Source of the DNA: Eledone cirrhosa | Lineage: Eukaryota | Direction: 5' to 3' | Length of the DNA stretch: 64,000 nt | Assembly (NCBI GenBank): GCA_964016885.1 | Contig: OZ024741.1 | Location: 236,964,001-237,028,000, forward strand | Part shown: positions 57,352-64,000 of the stretch, in pieces | Layout of the letters: every line of letters begins with the position of its first letter | Numbering within the stretch: the first letter of the stretch is position 1 | Notes under the pieces: generated by a model | Databases searched by the model: none | What the model was told of the DNA's origin: nothing | The model's input: only the letters and a program-made list of their open reading frames with translations | Program-made: the position numbers and the translations under genes

Positions 57352-57758
57352 TTTGTTGCTGTGCTCATAATTGTTTTGGCATTGATACACTGGTTGGATG
57401 CTCTTCCTAACACCAGTGCCACTTTACAGCATGGACTGGGTGCTTTTTTTCGTGCCACCAGCACTAGAGAGGATGTCTTACTGGGCTCATGGGCCCTCTC
57501 TACCCCTCCATTTTACAGCATGGTCATAACATGGTCATAGCAGGGAGAAGCGGACGTAAAATGATGATGATGATGATGATGATGATATATATATGGGAGT
57601 GCGTGTATATGTGTGCATGTGCATGTGTATATATAGATTTATATATATGTATATGTAACATGTTTTCAACTTGTACAAAAATCCCTAGGGATCTAATTGA
57701 CATTGTATATATATATTTATATGTGTGTGTGTGTATATATATATACACATATATATAT

Positions 57759-57822
<64 letters not shown>

Positions 57823-57824
57823 GT

Positions 57825-57937
57825 CAGGTCACCAGTTGGTGCTACTGGTAACATGTATCCCAGTACAACCTGTCTCTGGACTAGAATTAGCCGTCGAAAC
57901 GGCTTAAGCTCAGCCGTCGGGGTCCTACTCGTTCCTA
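57825..57937 (+). repeat. Chimera: RTE-type 5' head fused to a family H3 segment
   Basis: gtgctactggtaacatgta.cccagtacaacctgtc (as at 23711) joined to tagccgtcgaaacggctt..gccgtcggggtc (as at 19388 and 53790). Confidence 0.65.
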
Positions 57938-57953
57938 TATATATATATATATA

Positions 57954-58144
57954 TTGTATATACTTGAATATAAGTCTCACACCCACACACCTATTTTATG
58001 TCTGAGAAAATCCAAACCCTATTTATAAGCCGAGGCAGCTAATCAATACATTGTTTAGATGGCATATATAAGCCGACATCCCCTCCAAATTTACCGTTGA
58101 TATTTTGGTCAAATATTCCTTGGTTTATATTTGAGTATATATGG
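57954..58144. mobile_element. pogo/Tc2-type MITE (degenerate TIRs)
   Basis: Left ttgtatatacttgaatataag vs right reverse complement ccatatatactcaaatataaa; internal tataagccga repeats; TA on the left. Confidence 0.55.
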
Positions 58145-58483
58145 AATATGTGTGTGTGTGTAAATAAGCACGTGTTTAGAAGACAGCAACAATTGAAATT
58201 TAAAAATTGAATTAGTAGCTTTTGCTTTTTGACTACATAAAATAGTCTAATAGACATGTGAGTAGGTTGAGGTAACAGGTCTGCACACTTATCCACACAG
58301 TAAGAGATGTGGGTTCAATTCCCAGATGTGTTGATACCCATTCTTTACCATTCTGGGAGCTTTTAAAAATACGGCAATAGCTAATAATTTTATCATCATT
58401 TATATATATAAAGTACCAGTAATGCACTGGGTAATTGCTGGCCTTGTGCCTAAAGTAGAAACAATCATTTATATATATATATA

Positions 58484-59382
58484 CTAGCAGTGGTACACGG
58501 CGTTGCACGGGATAAGGTATTTTGGAACGCGGGCCGCCAACAGACCTAATCGTGGAAAAACTGCATGCCGGGACAATATGTAAAGAAAATAAACCGAATA
58601 CTCTGATGGCTGGATAATCTTTAAGATTTTCCTCGATGAAGCAGGAAAAATGCAGGTTTTCGCCTAATGCGGGCCTAGGGATCAAGAAAATGAATTTTTT
58701 TAATGTGCATAATATGCCTTGAAATTTTGGGAAAATCAGCTAGACGTAACGCCTCAAAAAAGCCCTAAAAACCTGAAAAAATGAAGTTTTCGCTTAATGG
58801 CCCTAGGCCATAAAAAAGTTGGATTTTCTTTGCTCACGGTATGAAGAAAAGACTGACTAGTACATTGTTACAATTTCAAGGAAATCGGTCTGACGTAACC
58901 CCTAAAAAAAACCTAAAACCTGAAAAAACGCAGTTTTTCACCTAATGAGAGCCCTAGGGGATCAAAAAGTTGAATTTTATGTGCATAACACCCCCTGAAA
59001 CATAAGTAATACACGTAAAGTTTGAAAAAAGTCGGTTGGGTACTTCTCGAGTTTTATGGATTCAAACTCAGACACACACACCCAGACAGACATCCTCGGG
59101 GAAGTGACGTAATACAGACATACAGACAGATATTATAAGGGCCCGACGTTATATGTATGTATCTATCTAAAAAGAGAAAGACTAAGAATTATAGAGAGAG
59201 ATCGCCTAATGCGGTCTCTAGGGCATTGAAAATTTGAAATTTCTTTTTGCTCAGAATACTCCCTGAAACATAAGTATTACATGTGTAAAGTTTGAAAACA
59301 ATCGGTTGGGTGCTTCTCGAGTTTTAGGGATTCAAACTTACACACACAGACAGACATCCTCAGTTTTATATATATAGATAGA
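58484..59382 (-). mobile_element. Complete non-autonomous Helitron-like element with internal ~150-bp repeats
   Basis: Minus strand: A|TCTATCTATATATATAAAAC...(TGTC)n ... cccgtgcaacgccgtg hairpin, then CTAG|T; no TSD; repeated cgcctaatg..ccctaggg..aaaatcgg units. Confidence 0.8.
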
Positions 59383-59393
59383 TATAATGCAAT

Positions 59394-59596
59394 CTCCAAA
59401 ATGGCTGACTGATTATGCACGTCTGTGTTTTTTTTTCCTCGTTTTTCCCCATTCCTTCCTCTTCTCGTTTCTATCTTCTAATGAAGGACTAGTGCCCAAA
59501 ACGTTAAGACTCTCTTCCTGCTATTTCTACCGTTAAACTAATATATTTCTTCAATGTATTGTGTTATTTGCTTTATTATTTCTGTTATGTATACCT
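59394..59596 (+). mobile_element. Family H1 hammerhead element, copy 3
   Basis: ccaaaatggctgactga...tcttCTAATGAaggactagtgcccaaaacgttaagac...ttaaactaatatatttcttc. Confidence 0.7.
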
Positions 59597-59621
59597 TTTA
59601 TATACCTATATATATATATAT

Positions 59622-59795
59622 TGGCAGTATCGGTAGAGGGTCGGACGCCATGCTTTCCAGCATAGTTACGTCACTTTACGATCTGAGTTCAAATCCCGCC
59701 CTTTGCCTTTCATCCTTACGGGGTCGATAAAATAAAGTACCAGTAATGCACTGGATGATTGCTGGCCTTGTGCCTAAAGTAGAAACAATTATTAT
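59622..59795 (+). mobile_element. tRNA-related SINE (third family); 3' parts also at 58410-58468, 62308-62408 and 29835-29970
   Basis: tggcagtatcggtagag..gagttcaaatcccgcc..gcctttcatccttacggggtcgataaaataaagtaccag..gtagaaacaattatta. Confidence 0.75.
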
Positions 59796-59816
59796 ATTTC
59801 TAATGAAAAGACACTA

Positions 59817-59855
<39 letters not shown>

Positions 59856-60027
59856 ATGAAAATAGACTATATTTTTTTAGGTTAAATTCATACTATTGCA
59901 TGGATGTTACTTTCAAGGGGTTGAAATCCAAAATACTGTAGCAATAAGTAGAAACCCAAATGAATTACAGTAATATCATGTACCCAGTTGGCATACATTT
60001 TTCTCGGCATTTTCTGAAGTTTATTTG

Positions 60028-60058
<31 letters not shown>

Positions 60059-61084
60059 CTTCTTCTTCTTCTTCTTTGCCTTCTCCTTCTTTGCCTTCTT
60101 CTTCTTCTCCTTCTTCTGCTGCTGCTGCTGCTGTCTGGCGTCAATTTGCCATTCTTTGATTTTTTTTTAAATGTATATTTATCCATATTTGTCCATCAAT
60201 CCATCCAGCTCTCTCTCTCTCTCTCTCTCTATCGATCTATCTCCATATACATAAACCAATGTAACAAGACAAAAACGCTTCCTTTAAGATAGCAAGTTCG
60301 CATTGCACACATACTGTACAACCACCACAACACACTCGCACGTATGTATGTGTATGTGTATGTGTATGAAAATATATATGAGGCGTGCTTAAACTGGGTT
60401 GTATAAGTTAAATGTGTGTGGTCACATGAGCTAAATCTTCGTCGTGAACAACCTTGTATACATCGTTACATATATATGTATATATGTATGTATGTATTTA
60501 TTTATGCATGTATGTATTTTGTCTGTGTGTACGTCTTTAAGATGACACTTGTATATGCATGAGAGTACTTGCGTGTGTTTGTGTGAGGAGGTTCATGGGT
60601 GCTTATCTGCATGTGTATGGTGGTGGTGGTGTAGTTGAACATGGCTGTGTGTATGTGGACGTGTGAAGGATGGGGTGTCTGTGGTTACGTGTAAAAAAGG
60701 AGGTGTACAATTGCATCTCTCCCTCCCTGTACGTGTGAACATGTGTTAGAAGGGGCGGGTAGAAAGGAAGGAAGGAAGGGGAAGGAGAGGAAAAACGTGT
60801 GAGCGACTGTGGTGGAGGAAGGAGGTCGTTGCTTGAAAAATGTAAACAGAAAAGATAATAGACACTTTCTTCCCACCACCACTGCCACCTCAACCTATCT
60901 GGGTGGTGGTGGTGGTGCTGAGGCAGAGCGTGGCGTGGGACTGAATGAGGTGGTGGTGGGCCGCTGTGGCAGGGGAAATTGTTAATTCCGCACCCGTCAG
61001 TCAGTCTTATTGCTAACTTCTCCACCGACATGCACCGCCCAAATAATCCACACTGGTGGTGAGGAAGGTGGTGCGGATGTCGAA

Positions 61085-62100
61085 CTATTGTTTAAGGTGG
61101 TGGTATATTTGGTGAGGGGTAGGTACTGATGGGGGGGGGGGGAGATATGGGTGAGGGTGATCGAGACAGTTGCGATAGGGGTGGTGATGGAGATGATGGG
61201 ATGTTAGTGGTGGGCATATTGGTGAGGGTAGTGGTGGTGATATATTAGTGAAGGTGATGACGGGAATGTTGGTGAGGGATGGTAATGGAGATGGTGGGAT
61301 GCTGGTGAGGGTAGTGAAGGAAGTGGTGGGATGCTGCTGAGGGTGGTGAAGGTAGTGGTGGGATGTTGGTGAGGGTAGTGGTGGGATGTTGGTGAGGGTA
61401 GTGTTGGTGGGGGTGGTGAAGGTAGTGTGGGTGGGGGATGTTGGTGAGGGTAGTGGTGGGTGGGGAGGATGCTGCCGAGGGTGGTGAAGGTAGTGGTGGG
61501 ATGTTGGTGAGGGTAGTGTTGGTGGGGGATGCTGGTAAGGGTGGTGAAGGTAGTGGTGGGTGGGGGATGTTGGTGAGGGTAGTGAAGGTAGTGGTGGGTG
61601 GGGCATGCTGGTGAGGGTAGTGGTGGGTGGGGAGGATGCTGCTGAGGGTGGTGAAGGTAGTGGTGGGATGTTGGTGAGGGTAGTGGTGGTGGTGGTGAAG
61701 GTAGTGGGGGGGATGCTGGTGATGGTAGTGGTGGGATGATGGTGGGGGTGGGGTGGGATGCCGGTGAGGGTAGTGGTGGGATGACGGTGGGGGTGGTGAA
61801 GGTAGTGGTGGGATGATGGTGGGGGTGGTGAAGGTAGTGGGGAGATGCTGGTGAGGGTAGTGGTGGGATGCCGGTGAGGGTGGTGAAGGTAGTGGGGAGA
61901 TGCTGGTGAGGGTAGTGGTGGGATGCCGGTGAAGGTAGTGGGGGGATGATGGTGAGGGTGGTGAAGGTAGTGGTGGGATGCTGGTGAGGGTGGTGAAGGT
62001 AGTGGTGGGATGCTGGTGAGGGTAGGGGTGGTGGAGTTGGTGGTATATTATTGAAGGTGGTGACGGTGATGATGGAGATAGTGGAGGATAGTGGTGATAT
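61085..62100. repeat. G-rich minisatellite (gtgagggtagtggtgggatgYtg-type units)
   Basis: Many imperfect copies of ggtgagggtagtggtgggatg and ggtgaaggtagtgg. Confidence 0.88.
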
Positions 62101-62927
62101 TGTTGAAGGTGATGGGGATGGTAACAATAGGGATACTGGTGTGGGTGAGTGATGATGGTGGTTGTGTCGGCGGTGGTTGGAAGAAAATATTGGTGTGAGT
62201 CGGTCGTCGTAGTTGTTTAGCCTGCATTGGCCAGGGCTGTAATAAAAGGACTTCCAGCCATTGCCATCCTGTCTTTTATGAATGTGCAGAGAAGTCAGAA
62301 GCACGCCGAGGTTAACTTTGCCTTTCATCCTTACGGGGTCGATAAAATAAAGTACCAGTAATGCACTGGGTATTTGCTGGCCTTGTGCCAAATGTAGAAA
62401 CAATCATTAGATGTGTGCATTTTCTAAGACGGCGGCGGGGTGTGATATGAGGGGAGTTTGACTGCTATTTCTAGCCGGCCGAATGACCACATAGAGGTTT
62501 CCACTGGGATGATGATGGCGGTGGCGGTAGCGGTGCTGCTGCTGCTGCTCCTGCTTCTAATTCTAGCGGTTGTAGAACTGAAGATCATTCGAGTGGTAGT
62601 GGCGGTGAGGGTGGTGACGTGGACAGTAATTGTTCACAGGATTGTTGCTGAGGTGAGGAGGCGGCGGCGGCGGCGGAGGAGGTTGTCTTGTGATAATATG
62701 GGTGGAAGTAGAAGGGGAAGGAGACGTTAGTGCGAAGAGAAGGGAAAATAAATATCTCACCACCACCGCCATCACTACCACTATTTCACGCCGAGAAGAG
62801 TGAAAACAATTATTACAAACAGAAAAATGTTGGTGTTTGTAACTGACGGTCGGCGTTATGAATGAAAAATAATATAAATAACGCCCCTTCCCTATTTCAT
62901 TCATTCATATATATGTGTGTGTGTGTA

Positions 62928-62990
<63 letters not shown>

Positions 62991-63105
62991 AACAAGGGGA
63001 GAAGAATACTGCATGGTTGCACATGGATTACATATTATATATCTGTGTGTATATATATTGTGTGTGTGTGTATATATATATATAAATATATATAAATATA
63101 TATAC

Positions 63106-63250
63106 GATATTAAATAAATGGAAACTATATTTATAAAACCATATTTATTTCATTATATATATTTCAGGGATATCATATTAACAATATGCTATGCCTTCCT
63201 CAGACAAAATGCAATATAGACAGTTTTATAGATAAATAGATTTGACATAC
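63106..63250 (-). ncRNA. Hammerhead-bearing pLTR-like repeat (family H2), copy 2
   Basis: Minus strand: ATTTTGT-CTGAGGA-AGGcATAgCATATT(gtt)AATATGaTATcCCT-GAAA-TATATA-TA-ATGAAAT; flanks match 51045-51180. Confidence 0.75.
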
Positions 63251-63524
63251 CGTTCAACATCGACTTGTATTTGAAAAGTTGATTTGGCAGTTATAAATAT
63301 TTACTAGTTGTAACCCAACAATTTAAATATAACTTTCCATATAAATATATATATATATACACACACACACAGATACACACACACACACACATATATATAT
63401 ATTTATTTATTAAATTAACAGATTCAAGTTTAAGCAAAGAATCGCTGCTTTCATCCTTAACGTATATGTGTGTGTGCATATATATATATATATGTATATG
63501 TGCGTGTGCTGTGTATGTGTGTAA

Positions 63525-63690
63525 AAGGTAAACAGAAATAACAAAAATAACGGCACAGTATATGGAAGAAATATATTAGCTTAATGTTTGAAATAGCAGG
63601 AAGAGAGTTTTAAGGTTTCGGACACTAGTCCTTCATCCGAAGATAGAGTTAGAAATAGAAGATGAATAGAAAGTAAAGAGTGATAAGAGG
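63525..63690 (-). mobile_element. Family H1 hammerhead element, copy 4 (5'-truncated)
   Basis: Minus strand: tatcttCGGATGAaGGACtagtGTCC-GAAAcct taaaactctcttcctgct..cattaagctaatatatttcttc. Confidence 0.7.
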
Positions 63691-64000
63691 ACACACAAAC
63701 ACAAACATACACACATCATCATCATCATCATTACCGTTTAACCTTCATTTTCCACACTGGCATGGGTTAATTATGTATATTGAACAACATCACATCTCTC
63801 AACTATTATTTATGATTGACTATTGCTAAAGTCATTTACACTGGGACGACTACATTTCATATATATATATAAATTTTATTAAGGCTAAATAGTGAGTTTG
63901 TTAAGGCGAAACTCCAGAGTAACAAGACACCCTATTTAGCCTTAATAAAATGAATATTTAAACTCTACTTCAGTAATCATTTCTCTCAGTCGTCAACCAC

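Noticed and set aside
58258-58340. tRNA gene (B box ggttcaattccc)
   Set aside because: No cloverleaf or acceptor stem; probably a decayed SINE head.
59965-60186. Arg-rich protamine-like ORF
   Set aside because: It is the translation of a (CTT)n/(CTG)n microsatellite.

Overview
Eukaryotic, very AT-rich, repeat-saturated DNA, intergenic or intronic. The mix of giant (TA/CA)n arrays, RTE LINEs with (GAT)n tails and tRNA-headed SINEs suggests an octopus-like cephalopod; this is an inference. I cannot support any host protein-coding gene, and the long 'YIYI' ORFs are microsatellite artefacts. The window holds about 12 RTE-clade LINE fragments (at least 2 subfamilies, with a C4HC3 PHD-like finger inserted in the RT), two Penelope-like (PLE) GIY-YIG fragments, two DD37D (maT) mariner-type fragments, three Helitron-type elements, several SINEs/MITEs and non-autonomous RTE derivatives. 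The most notable layer is a set of short non-coding elements carrying minimal type-I hammerhead ribozyme (HHR) motifs, in at least 4 families. Several sit in fold-back palindromes, including a ~476-bp near-perfect hairpin with an intact hammerhead core on each strand (15366-15841). All structures were read by eye and none were computationally folded or searched.
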